Below are positions 50,635 through 63,737 of a stretch of DNA of 64,000 nucleotides, in pieces. Location of the stretch: assembly GCF_006345805.1 (NCBI RefSeq), contig NC_043019.1, forward strand, positions 15,003,360 through 15,067,359. Direction: 5' to 3'. How positions within the stretch are numbered: the first letter of the stretch is position 1; each line of letters starts with the position of its first letter. Under the pieces are notes generated by a model that was given only the letters and a program-made list of their open reading frames with translations, searched no databases and had not been told where the DNA came from. The DNA comes from Octopus sinensis (lineage: Eukaryota). A program made the translations under genes and the position numbers.

Positions 50635-50900
50635 GCAGCGTGGAAGGTGTTTATAAGCCATTTAAGAAACATACAAAAGCCGTTCGATTCACTTCAACAT
50701 TTAAGTTTAATTGTCAAAATATTTTCGTCGCTTTAAGACCGCGACCTGTTCACTGACAAAAACCGTGCTGATTTTTGTCAGTGAACAGGTCGCGGTCTTA
50801 AAGCGACGAAAATATTTTGACAAATTAAACTTAAATGTTGAAGTGAATCGAACGGCTTTTGTATGTTTCTTAAATGGCTTATAAACACCTTCCACGCTGC
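50635..50900. repeat. Near-perfect palindrome: 128/129-bp arms, 9-nt loop, (TA)n on both sides
   Basis: 50635-50762 is the reverse complement of 50772-50900 with one 1-bp indel; loop CCGTGCTGA. Confidence 0.95.
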
Positions 50901-50901
50901 A

Positions 50902-50955
<54 letters not shown>

Positions 50956-51816
50956 GGGCAATGGCCAGTGGTTAGAGCAGCAGACTCGCATTCGTAGGAT
51001 CGCGGTTTCGGTTCCTAGACCGGGTGTTGTGAGTGTTTATTGAGAGAAAACACCTATATATATATATATTATATATATATATATATATATAAAGACCTTG
51101 ATCGCTGAGGTTATAGCGGAAGACTCTGTCCGTAGATGCCACATACTAAGACTGAACCCGGCACGATGAGGTTGAGAAGCAAACTTCTTACATCCATACC
51201 TACGTCTTTATTTAAATTCATCGAAGTCATTTAACCTTATAGTACTTCACCGCTCCACTTTTTTGATAGCGACATATTTTATAATAGACAACCAAAACTG
51301 CATCCACTCCAGAATATTCACACTGCTTGGCCTTCCTTGATATATATCGCCACCCTCCATTCCTTTTCCGATTAATTGTGGCCTACTTGAGAATTATATA
51401 CAATAAGCGGATAACTATATACGTTTTTATATATATTTTACTCATAGCATAGGATGCAACCAATCAAATTTTTCTTCTTCGTGACCTTCACTCAATTTAA
51501 GCAACACAAATCTATTTCTACAGCTACAACAAATAACTGCTTCCTTAATTATTTCCCTTAGATTAGTTAACTACACAGTTGTCTCCCTTGTCGAATCATA
51601 ATTATAACGTTATTTTGTTGTTAAACACAAATATTTCTGAAATGCTTCTTCGTTAATCTGGGGAAAAGACACACACACACACAAACACTTCTGATTTTGT
51701 ATTCTTATAAATTATACTCTCTTGATATTGAAGAATTCAAGGTTTGGAACTAAGAACTCTGCAAATTGGTGGTATATGTTATGTAATATATATATAGATA
51801 TCTATTAATATATATA

Positions 51817-54800
51817 TACTAAGCAATAAGGGTTTCAGCAAACGAATTGCCTTACCACATACCGAATTTAGAAATAGCAGTCAAGGGTTATAGCTATTTC
51901 TTCTACTAAAAAGGGAGATCTCAGTAAAAAACAGCAATTGGAAGGCTGACACAAACAGGTAAGAGAGAATGAATTAACCGCAATCTATCAAACATTTTTA
52001 AAGTTATCACGGACGTACGTTTCGAATTCAAGTTTAGAAAGCATAAGAATTAAATATTAAATAATTCTATCTTACCGAAACTCTTTCTCTTCAGCGTGGA
52101 ATACCATAATCATAAACCATACGGATAACCATATTTTATCTCAGTAGATGACTACAGCATCTTGTTTTGGCTACACGCGGGTGGGAAGGGGCTGTTGACA
52201 CAATCGTTTCATTCACAAATTTGAATTCGGTGATACTAGTTGAGGATTCCAGCTCGCTCTGATACTGAGTTGAGTTGGTACCTCCTAGTATCTCAAAATT
52301 CAATATATAATCATTTATGATTATGGTATTCCACGCTGAAGAGAAAAGAAGTTTCGGTAAGATAGAATTATTTAATATTTATATTTTAATTCTTATGCTT
52401 TCCTAAAACTTGATTTCGAAACGTACGTCCGTGGATAACTTTAAAATGTTTGATAGATTGCGGTTAATTCATTCTCTCTTACCTGTTTGTGTCAGCCTTC
52501 CAATTGCTGTTTTTACTGAGATCTCCCTTTTAGTAGAAGAAATAGCTTAACCCTTTGACATGCTATTTCTAAATTCGTATTATGTGTAAGGCAATTCGTT
52601 GCTGAACCTTATTGCTTAGTATTACTTAAATTTTCCTCAATGAGGCTTTTACATGCCGAAGACTACTTGGTGTAATTGATAATTATTCCAAATTAATTAA
52701 TTTCACCCTTCATTATTACGGATAACCATATTTTATCTCAGTAGATGACTACAGCATCTTGTTTTGGGCTACACGCGGTGGGAAGGGGCTGTTGACACAA
52801 TCGTTTCATTCACAAATTTGAATTCGGTGATACTAGTTGAGGATTCCAGCTCGCTCTGATACTGAGTTGAGTTGGTACCTCCTAGTATCTCAAAATTCAA
52901 TATATAATCATTAATTCATTATAATCATTGTATTCCACGCTGAAGAGAAAAGAAGTTTCGGTAAGATAGAATTATTTAATATTTAATATTTTAATTCTTA
53001 TGCTTTCCTAAAACTTGATTTCGAAACGTACGTCCGTGGATAACTTTAAAATGTTTGATAGATTGCGGTTAATTCATTCTCTCTTACCTGTTTGTGTCAG
53101 CCTTCCAATTGCTGTTTTTACTGAGATCTCCCTTTTTAGTAGAAGAAATAGCTATAACCCTTTGACTGCTATTTCTAAATTCGGTATGTGGTAAGGCAAT
53201 TCGTTGCTGAACCCTTATTGCTTAGTATTACTTAAATTTTCCTCAATGAGGCTTTTACATGCCGAAGACTACTTGGTGTAATTGATAATTATTCCAAATT
53301 AATTAATTTCACCCTTCATTATTACGGATAACCATATTTTATCTCAGTAGATGACTACAGCATCTTGTTTTGGCTACACGCGGGTGGGAAGGGGCTGTTG
53401 ACACAATCGTTTCATTCACAAATTTGAATTCGGTGATACTAGTTGAGGATTCCAGCTCGCTCTGATACTGAGTTGAGTTGGTACCTCCTAGTATCTCAAA
53501 ATTCAATATATAATCATTTATGATTATGGTATTCCACGCTGAAGAGAAAAGAAGTTCGGTAAGATAGAATTATTTAATATTTAATATTTTAATTCTTATG
53601 CTTTCCTAAAACTTGATTTCGAAACGTACGTCCGTGGATAACTTTAAAAATGTTTGATAGATTGCGGTTAATTCATTCTCTCTTACCTGTTTGTGTCAGC
53701 CTTCCAATTGCTGTTTTTACTGAGATCTCCCTTTTTAGTAGAAGAAATAGCTATAACCCTTTGACTGCTATTTCTAAATTCGGTATGTGGTAAGGCAATT
53801 CGTTGCTGAACCCTTATTGCTTAGTATTACTTAAATTTTCCTCAAATGAGGCTTTTACATGCCGAAGACTACTTGGTGTAATTGATAATTATTCCAAATT
53901 AATTAATTTCACCCTTCATTATTACGGATAACCATATTTTATCTCAGTAGATGACTACAGCATCTTGTTTTGGCTACACGCGGGTGGGAAGGGGCTGTTG
54001 ACACAATCGTTTCATTCACAAATTTGAATTCGGTGATACTAGTTGAGGATTCTAGCTCGCTCTGATACTGAGTTGAGTTGGTACCTCCTAGTATCTCAAA
54101 ATTCAATATATAATCATTTATGATTATGGTATTCCACGCTGAAGAGAAAAGAAGTTTCGGTAAGATAGAATTATTTAATATTTAATATTTTAATTCTTAT
54201 GCTTTCCTACCTAAACTTGATTTCGAAACGTACGTCCGTGGATAACTTTAAAAATGTTTGATAGATTGCGGTTAATTCATTCTCTCTACTTACCTGTTGT
54301 GTCAGCCTTCCAATTGCTGTTTTTACTGAGATCTCCTTTTTAGTAGAAGAAATAGCTATAACCCTTTGACTGCTATTTCTAAATTCGGTATGTGGTAAGG
54401 CAATTCGTTGCTGAACCCTTATTGCTTAGTATTACTTAAATTTTCCTCAAATGAGGCTTTTACATGCCGAAGACTACTTGGTGTAATTGATAATTATTCC
54501 AAATTAATTAATTTCACCCTTCATTATTACGGATAACCATATTTTATCTCAGTAGATGACTACAGCATCTTGTTTTGGCTACACGCGGGTGGGAAGGGGC
54601 TGTTGACACAATCGTTTCATTCACAAATTTGAATTCGGTGATACTATTGAGGATTCCAGCTCGCTCTGATACTGAGTTGAGTTGGTACCTCCTAGTATCT
54701 CAAAATTCAATATATAATCATTTATGATTATAGTATTCCACGCTGAAGAGAAAAGAAGTTTCGGTAAGATAGAATTATTTAATATTTAATATTTTAATTC

Positions 54801-57800
54801 TTATGCTTTCCTAAAACTTGATTTCGAAACGTACGTCCGTGGATAACTTAAAAATGTTTGATAGATTGCGGTTAATTCATTCTCTCTTACCTGTTTGTGT
54901 CAGCCTTCCAATTGCTGTTTTTACTGAGATCTCCCTTTTAGTAGAAGAAATAGCTATAACCCTTTGACTGCTATTTCTAAATTCGGTATGTGGTAAGGCA
55001 ATTCGTTGCTGAACCCTTATTGCTTAGTATTACTTAAATTTTCCTCAAATGAGGCTTTTACATGCCGAAGACTACTTGGTGTAATTGATAATTATTCCAA
55101 ATTAATTAATTTCACCCTTCATTATTACGGATAACCATATTTTATCTCAGTAGATGACTACAGCATCTTGTTTTGGCTACACGCGGGGGGAAGGGGCTGT
55201 TGACACAATCGTTTCATTCACAAATTTGAATTCGGTGATACTAGTTGAGGATTCTAGCTCGCTCTGATACTGAGTTGAGTTGGTACCTCCTAGTATCTCA
55301 AAATTCAATATATAATCATTTATGATTATAGTATTCCACGCTGAAGAGAAAAGAAGTTTCGGTAAGATAGAATTATTTAATATTTAATATTTTAATTCTT
55401 ATGCTTTCCTAAAACTTGATTTCGAAACGTACGTCCGTGGATAACTTAAAAATGTTTGATAGATTGCGGTTAATTCATTCTCTCTTACCTGTTTGTGTCA
55501 GCCTTCCAATTGCTGTTTTTACTGAGATCTCCCTTTTTAGTAGAAGAAATAGCTATAACCTTTGACTGCTATTTCTAAATTCGGTATGTGGTAAGGCAAT
55601 TCGTTGCTGAACCCTTATTGCTTAGTATTACTTAAATTTTCCTCAAATGAGGCTTTTACATGCCGAAGACTACTTGGTGTAATTGATAATTATTCCAAAT
55701 TAATTAATTTCACCCTTCATTATTACGGATAACCATATTTTATCTCAGTAGATGACTACAGCATCTTGTTTTGGCTACACGCGGGTGGGAGGGGCTGTTG
55801 ACACAATCGTTTCATTCACAAATTTGAATTCGGTGATACTAGTTGAGGATTCTAGCTCGCTCTGATACTGAGTTGAGTTGGTACCTCCTAGTATCTCAAA
55901 TTCAATATATAATCATTTATGATTATAGTATTCCACGCTGAAGAGAAAAGAAGTTTCGGTAAGATAGAATTATTTAATATTTAATATTTTAATTCTTATG
56001 CTTTCCTAAAACTTGATTTCGAAACGTACGTCCGTGGATAACTTTAAAAATGTTTGATAGATTGCGGTTAATTCATTCTCTCTTACCTGTTTGTGTCAGC
56101 CTTCCAATTGCTGTTTTTACTGAGATCTCCCTTTTTAGTAGAAGAAATAGCTATAACCCTTTGACTGCTATTTCTAAATTCGGTATGTGGTAAGGCAATT
56201 CGTTGCTGAACCCTTATTGCTTAGTATTACTTAAATTTTCCTCAATGAGGCTTTTACATGCCGAAGACTACTTGTGTATTGATAATTATTCCAAATTAAT
56301 TAATTTCACCCTTCATTATTACGGATAACCATATTTTATCTCAGTAGATGACTACAGCATCTTGTTTTGGCTACACGCGGGTGGGAAGGGGCTGTTGACA
56401 CAATCGTTTCATTCACAAATTTGAATTCGGTGATACTAGTTGAGGATTCCAGCTCGCTCTGATACTGAGTTGAGTTGGTACCTCCTAGTATCTCAAAATT
56501 CAATATATAATCATTTATGATTATGGTATTCCACGCTGAAGAGAAAAGAAGTTTCGGTAAGATAGAATTATTTAATATTTAATATTTTAATTCTTATGCT
56601 TTCCTAAAACTTGATTTCGAAACGTACGTCCGTGGATAACTTTAAAAATGTTTGATAGATTGCGGTTAATTCATTCTCTCTTACCTGTTTGTGTCAGCCT
56701 TCCAATTGCTGTTTTTACTGAGATCTCCCTTTTTAGTAGAAGAAATAGCTATAACCCTTTGACTGCTATTTCTAAATTCGGTATGTGGTAAGGCAATTCG
56801 TTGCTGAACCCTTATTGCTTAGTATTACTTAAATTTTCCTCAAATGAGGCTTTTACATGCCGAAGACTACTTGGTGTAATTGATAATTATTCCAAATTAA
56901 TTAATTTCACCCTTCATTATTACGGATAACCATATTTTATCTCAGTAGATGACTACAGCATCTTGTTTTGGCTACACGCGGGTGGGAAGGGGCTGTTGAC
57001 ACAATCGTTTCATTCACAAATTTGAATTCGGTGATACTAGTTGAGGATTCCAGCTCGCTCTGATACTGAGTTGAGTTGGTACCTCCTAGTATCTCAAAAT
57101 TCAATATATAATCATTATGATTATGGTATTCCACGCTGAAGAGAAAGAAGTTTCGGTAAGATAGAATTATTTAATATTTAATATTTTAATTCTTATGCTT
57201 TCCTAAAACTTGATTTCGAAACGTACGTCCGTGGATAACTTTAAAAATGTTTGATAGATTGCGGTTAATTCATTCTCTCTTACCTGTTGTGTCAGCCTTC
57301 CAATTGCTGTTTTTACTGAGATCTCCCTTTTTAGTAGAAGAAATAGCTATAACCCTTTGACTGCTATTTCTAAATTCGGTATGTGGTAAGGCAATTCGTT
57401 GCTGAACCCTTATTGCTTAGTATTACTTAAATTTTCTCAAATGAGGCTTTTACATGCCGAAGACTACTTGGTGTAATTGATAATTATTCCAAATTAATTA
57501 ATTTCACCCTTCATTATTACGGATACCATATTTTATCTCAGTAGATGACCACAGCATCTTGTTTTGGCTACACGCGGGTGGGAAGGGGCTGTTGACACAA
57601 TCGTTTCATTCACAAATTTGAATTCGGTGATACTAGTTGAGGATTCTAGCTCGCTCTGATACTGAGTTGAGTTGGTACCTCCTAGTATCTCAAATTCAAT
57701 ATATAATCATTTATGATTATAGTATTCCACGCTGAAGAGAAAAGAAGTTTCGGTAAGATAGAATTATTTAATATTTAATATTTTAATTCTTATGCTTTCC

Positions 57801-58118
57801 TAAAACTTGATTTCGAAACGTACGTCCGTGGATAACTTTAAAAATGTTTGATAGATTGCGGTTAATTCATTCTCTCTTACCTGTTTGTGTCAGCCTTCCA
57901 ATTGCTGTTTTTACTGAGATCTCCCTTTTAGTAGAAGAAATAGCTATAACCCTTTGACTGCTATTTCTAATTCGGTATGTGGTAAGGCAATTCGTTGCTG
58001 AACCCTTATTGCTTAGTATTACTTAAATTTTCCTCAAATGAGGCTTTTACATGCCGAAGACTACTACTTGGTGTAATTGATAATTATTCCAAATTAATTA
58101 ATTTCACCCTTCATTATT

Positions 58119-58125
<7 letters not shown>
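51817..58125. repeat. Ten head-to-tail ~600-bp units preceded by a 300-bp inverted partial unit, the whole flanked by (TA)n
   Basis: ACGGATA(A)CCATA recurs at 52121, 52718, 53324, 53924, 54529, 55127, 55725, 56321, 56922 and 57519, and ACGGATA at 58119 runs into (AT)n. 51817-52116 is the reverse complement of about 52314-52621. Confidence 0.95.
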
Positions 58126-58160
<35 letters not shown>

Positions 58161-58182
58161 ATATATACACACACACAAGCAC

Positions 58183-58214
<32 letters not shown>

Positions 58215-58555
58215 GACAGGCTTCCTTTAGATTGCCTATAGCAAATTCACTCACAAGGCTTAGGTCGTGAGATCCTGGTTTCGATTCCCGAACTGGCCGC
58301 ACGTTGTATTCTTGAACTAAACATTTCATTAAACGTTGGTGAAATTCTGTAAATGAGTAAAGCTGCGACGGAATATTAGCCTTGCGATCAGGAGGAATGT
58401 TGGCCTCTCTCGCCGAGCGAACGTGCTGACATCATTCGAAAGGCTAAAATGATGCAACGCGCATAGTGAACAGCGATGTACAACAACCGGTACTCTCGTC
58501 GATCGCATGTGTGTGTGTGTGTACGTGCGCGCACGTGTCACGTTATATATATTCG

Positions 58556-58972
58556 TTTATTCTTTTACTTGTTTCAGTCATTTGACTGCGGCCATGCCGG
58601 AGCATTGCCTTTAGTCGAGCAAATCCACCCCAGAGCTTATGCTTTGTAAACGTAGTGCTTATTCTATCGGTCTTTTTTGCCGAACCGCTAAGTTACGGGG
58701 ACGTAAACACACCAGTATCGGTTGACAAGCGATGATGGGCGGGGAGGACAAACACAGACATCAAACATGCACACACACACACACACACAATTATATATAT
58801 ATATATATACGCGCGCACTCACCATACTCACACACACAACGACGGACTTCTTCCAATTTCTGCTTACCAAATCCACTCATAAGGCTTTGGTCAGCCCGAG
58901 GCTGTAGTAAAGACACTTGCCCAAGGTGCTACGCAGTTGGACTTAACCCAGGACCATGTGGTTGGTAAGCAG
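58556..58972 (-). mobile_element. SINE family B
   Basis: Consensus match. Confidence 0.8.
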
Positions 58973-58979
58973 ATATATA

Positions 58980-59017
<38 letters not shown>

Positions 59018-59567
59018 GATTCAGTTGAATTAAGTGTTTAAATCGAGGCAGCTTGTTAGGTCGGAGTAACAGACACGTCCAACTGATATTAAGTGAGTAT
59101 CAAATTCTGGGCAGAGGTGTTTGCACTTGGCATTTTTGTAATGTAGACTGACAACACGACCCTACTTTGTGAAGAGATCCGTTCATAGCTGTCGTTCAGA
59201 CGTGTACTTTATATAAAAAAATACTTCCTCTAATATCTCCGAAGTGCAAATTCCAGGGTAGGTAAATATAATGGATTAGAAAAACAGCCGACAACTGATG
59301 AAGGGTCGTTCGTTAAGTTGCTTTGTCTTGTTTCCCATTTGTTTCTTTCGTTGTTCGCAAAACAAAAAAGTTCATATTCCATGTATTCGTATTTCGTATT
59401 TTCGTTTTTTATATTGGTTACGTTCTGTGACGTCCTGTGTCCACATGCATATTTATATAGGTATATATGTAAGCATGTACATATACGTATGTATATATGC
59501 ATATATATATATTAATTATATTATTATAATGATTGAACGCTACGCATCCATTTCCAATTAAGTGTAC

Positions 59568-59603
<36 letters not shown>

Positions 59604-60084
59604 AGCGGCCCTTCAGAAATTAAACCTCCTTACGATACTCCCTGGGAGTTCATGGTATGAAATTCATTGTCATTGCTCCGATTTGGTCGCCAATGCCATG
59701 TATTTTGTATAAAATGTAGTAAAAATAGGGTGGCAGTAGGTCTCAATTTGGCAGCCCATAAAAAATAGACCCCTCACCCCTTAGGATATTCTCTGGGATT
59801 AGGGGAGTTGCCGGTTTGAGTTTCTTTGACCTTGCACCAATGGACAGAGAAACATCACTGAAATTTATAATAGCGTGTGTGTTTGTGTGTGTGTGTGTGT
59901 AATACTGACATCTGTCGGTTAAGACAGCGAAGGTTCCAGTTGATCCGATCAACTGAACGGCTTGCTCATGAAATTAACGTGCACGTGGCTGAGTACTCCA
60001 CGTACACATGTACCCTTCACGCAGTTCTCAGGGAGATTCGGGATGACACAGAATGTGACAAGGCTGGTCCTTTTGAAATACAGA

Positions 60085-60327
60085 TACAGTAACCCCTCGC
60101 CATATCGCGGCTCACCTATCACGGTTCACCTATCGCGGTTTATAATTTAAGCTTACGTCGATTCCTCCATGGTGTTGTTTTGCATTTATGATAAAATAAA
60201 TATATATAAATTATAAAAATACTAATAAAAAAATATACAATACAGTAGTTTCTACTTCGCGGATTTTCACCTATCGCGGTGGTGGTGGGGAAGACGTAAC
60301 GCCTGCGATAGTCGAGGGATTACTGTA
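60085..60327. mobile_element. Tigger-like MITE inserted at a TA inside a SINE-C-related element (about 59920-60460, minus)
   Basis: TIRs TACAGTAACCCCTCG / reverse complement TACAGTAATCCCTCG. The flanks GAAATACAGA-TA..TA-CAAT reconstitute the uninterrupted GAAATACAGGTACAAC seen at about 63376. Confidence 0.85.
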
Positions 60328-60949
60328 CAATTCATTTTTGCCAGCTGGAGCAAAGTGAAATAAAATATCTTGCTGAAAGATGCAGCACGCCGTCGGGTAT
60401 CGAACTCACAATTTTAGAACTGTGAACCGAATATATCAACCACTGAGCCACGTGCCTTCACACACACACACGGAGTTTAATGTATACGCAGCCGATGGTG
60501 CTTATAAACCGGATGGTGGATTAGTTCTTTACCACCCGAGTTAAAATCTGAATGAGAAGATTGGTGACTCACAACGTTGAACAAAATCGTTCCTTTTCCT
60601 TCTCTCTCCTTTTCTTCTTCTTCTTCTTCATCGGTGCATAAGGCTCTAACTGTAGTTAAAAGTAAGCCTGGATGGAGGAGAATTCTCCAGAGGCTACAGC
60701 TAGGAATGTGGTACAAGGCTTTCATAAAACGCTGGCATTTTTCTGGCAACATGATAGGCCCAAAAACGAAAATAATCGTTGCAAATTTGAAATTCTTTCG
60801 CGTCAGAATATGAAACAGGACAAATTAAATCTTTCAACCATTATAACTAATTCCTTCTTAATCTTCTACTCTGTATATGGATATGGATATGTGTGTGTGG
60901 ATGTGTGTGTGGGGGGGAGGGGGTGCAGTGTGTTTATGTGCTCATATAT

Positions 60950-61360
60950 ATTTTACTTGTTTCTGTCATTAAGAATGCGGCCATGCTGGGGCGCCGGCCT
61001 TGAAGAATTTTGAGATGAATGAATCGACCCCAGGAATTACTATTTTTTCAAAAGCTTGGTACTTATTCTATCGGGATCTTTTGCCGAACTGCTAAATTGC
61101 GGGAACGTAAACACACCAATACCGGTTGTCAAGCAGTGGTTGGGGGACAGACACAAGCACACCTATGTATGCATGCATGCATGTATGTATGTATGATGTA
61201 TGTATGATGTGTGTGTGTGTGTGTGTTTGTGTGTGTATGTATGTATGTATACGACAGGCTTCTTTCAGTTTCTGTCCACCAATTTCACTCCCAAGGCTTT
61301 GGTCGGCAATGGGACTGAACCAGGAACCATGCAAGGAGAGAACAAGCTTCTTGCCACGCC
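60950..61360 (-). mobile_element. SINE family B, decayed
   Basis: Consensus match. Confidence 0.75.
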
Positions 61361-61542
61361 TCCACTTTAAATATTTATGTGTCTGTGTGTGGAAGCTGTT
61401 ATATCCTAGCCATGATCTTGTTGGTATTTCTTTGGCACAAGGCCAGCAAGTTTTTTGGTATTTATTTTATCGACCCTGAAAGGATGAAAGGCAAAGTCGA
61501 TCTCTGCAGAATTTGAACTCAGAACCTGGCATGCTAACGATT

Positions 61543-61777
61543 CTTATTTCTTTATTGCCCACAAGAGGCTAAACATAGAGGGGACAAACAAGGACAGACA
61601 AAGGGATTAAGTCGATGACATCGATCCCAGTGCGTAACTGGTTCTTAATTTATCGACCCCGAAAGGATGAAAGGCAAAGTCGACCTTGGCAGAATTTGAA
61701 CTCAGAACGAAACAGCAGACGAAATACCGCTAAACATTTCGCCCGGCGTGTTAATGATTCTGCCAGCTCACCGCCTT
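61543..61777 (-). mobile_element. SINE family A inserted into the head of another SINE-A
   Basis: Host halves GCTAACGATT (left) and TTCTGCCAG (right) flank a complete copy. Confidence 0.75.
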
Positions 61778-62236
61778 TCTGCCAGACAATTCTACCAGCT
61801 CAATATTGAAGGTGGTGGACTTTGTGCCATGCGATGAGAGGGACAAGATTGATAACACAGAGTGCTCGGTCCAGGCAGGGCAGTGGGTAAGCAGAACTGT
61901 TGGATTATCAGACAAGATGCTTTGCAGGAGCTGTTCCATCACATTGCATTCAGAATTCTTGGATATTAGACTTAATCCAAATGTCTGGTTTAACACAAGT
62001 TCACCTGGTCCTTGGAGGACTTTTGTGGAGTTCACCGTATTGAAAATATCCAAACAAGTGTTTCAGTTTGGAAAACAACACCCTCTTTTTCCCTTTTGCT
62101 GTCTTGCCCTTACTCTGGGAGGCCCTGAAAAACAAATAAAGTCTGAAAAACAAATAAAGCTGGTCTTGCACCAATATCATCACCAACTCCACCCTACAGA
62201 CAAAGCAGCAATCGAAAAAAAAAAGAAATATATAAT

Positions 62237-63737
62237 TTAACCCTTTAGCATTTAAACAGGCCATTTCTGGTCCAAATATATTCTAATTGTTCTATTTTCA
62301 AACTGGCTCGATCCAGACTCTCACACCTACTACACAATGTCTAAAAATAAACAATCACATAATTGAAATCTTAATGCTACAAGATAATGCTTGATTAATC
62401 TTATAATGAATGAGAATAAATAAGTATAATATTTGATGAAGTAATCTGAATGCTAAACGGTTAACCCTTTAGCATTCAAACTGGCCGAATCAGACCCACA
62501 TAGTCTACTTGTTTTATGTTTGAACCGGCCAGATCCAGCCTCTCACACCTACCCTATCATGTCATTTTAAAAGTAAACAGTAACATCATTGAAACCCCTG
62601 AAACCATGAGATAATACCTGATTAATTCAAAACAATGTGAGTAAACAAACATTACATTTGATAGAGTAATTTAATAAAACCAGCCGTATCCAGCTCAAAT
62701 ATTCTTATTCTATGTTAAAACTGGACAGATCCAACCTCTCACACCTAGTCTACAATATCATTTGAAAGATAAGCAATCACATCATTGAAATCTTAACGAG
62801 ATAATGTAGGTGCGGGCATGGCTGTGTGGTTAGGGAGCTTGCTTCCTCGTTACTTAGTTTCGGGTTCAGTCCCACTGTGTGGCACTTTGGGTAGGTGTCT
62901 TCCACTATAGCCCCGAGTCGACCGACGCTTTGTGATTGAATTCGGTAGGTGGAAGTTACTGCCGTGTGTGTATGTGTGCATATAGCTGCTCAGTGCCTCT
63001 CCGAAAGAGAGAGAGAGAGAGGGAAAAATAATGCATGATTAATTTTAAATGAATGTGAATAAATAAGTCTTGTGCTTGATGGAGTAATGTGAATGCCAAA
63101 TGGTTAACACTTTAGCATTTAAACAGGCCGAATCCAGTTAAAAATATTCTATGTGCTTTATGCTAAAACTGGTCAGATTCGGTCTCTCACACCTACCCTG
63201 GATGGAAGCACTCCGTCGGTTACGACGATGAGGGTTCCAGTTGATCCGACCAACGGAACAGCCTGCTTGTGAAATTAATGTGTAAGTGGCTGAGCATTCC
63301 ACAGACACGTGTACACTCAACGTAGTTCTCGGGGATATTCAGCGTGACCCAGAGAGTGACAAGGCCGGCCCTTTGAAATACAGGTACAACAGAAACAGGA
63401 AGTAAGAGTGAGAGAAAGTTGTGGCGAAAGAGTACAGCAGGGATCACCACCATCCCTGCCGGAGCCTCGTGGAGCTTTTAGGTGTTTTCGCTCAATAAAC
63501 ACTCACAACGCCTGATCTGGGAATCAAAACCGCGATCCTACGACCGCGAGTCCGCTGCCCTAACCACTGGGCCATTGAGCCTCCACTACACCTACCCTAC
63601 AAAGTCATTCTAAAGACAAACAATCGCATCAGTGAAATCTCAAAGCTATGAGATAATTTATGATTAATTCAAAACAAATGTGAATAAATAAAGATTACAT
63701 TTGAAGACAGAGTCAACCGAATGTGCTAAAGGGTTAA
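62237..63737 (+). mobile_element. Chain of four piggyBac-like MITEs (about 220 bp each), with two SINE insertions
   Basis: TTAA-CCCTTTAGCATT ... GCTAAAGGG-TTAA termini. Shared TTAA at 62461-62464 and 63104-63107; junction deletion near 62672; SINE-B head at 62807-63027 flanked by ATAATG. Confidence 0.85.
63200..63587 (-). mobile_element. SINE family C, full length, tail variant 1, 11-bp TSD
   Basis: ACACCTACCCT at 63189-63199 and 63588-63598; tRNA-like head GGAGGCTCAATGGCCCAGTGGTTAGGGCAGCGGACTCGCGG with TCG at the anticodon position. Confidence 0.92.

Noticed and set aside
63540-63587. tRNA-Arg gene
   Set aside because: The tRNA-like sequence is the head of a SINE with body, tail and TSD; no complete acceptor stem.
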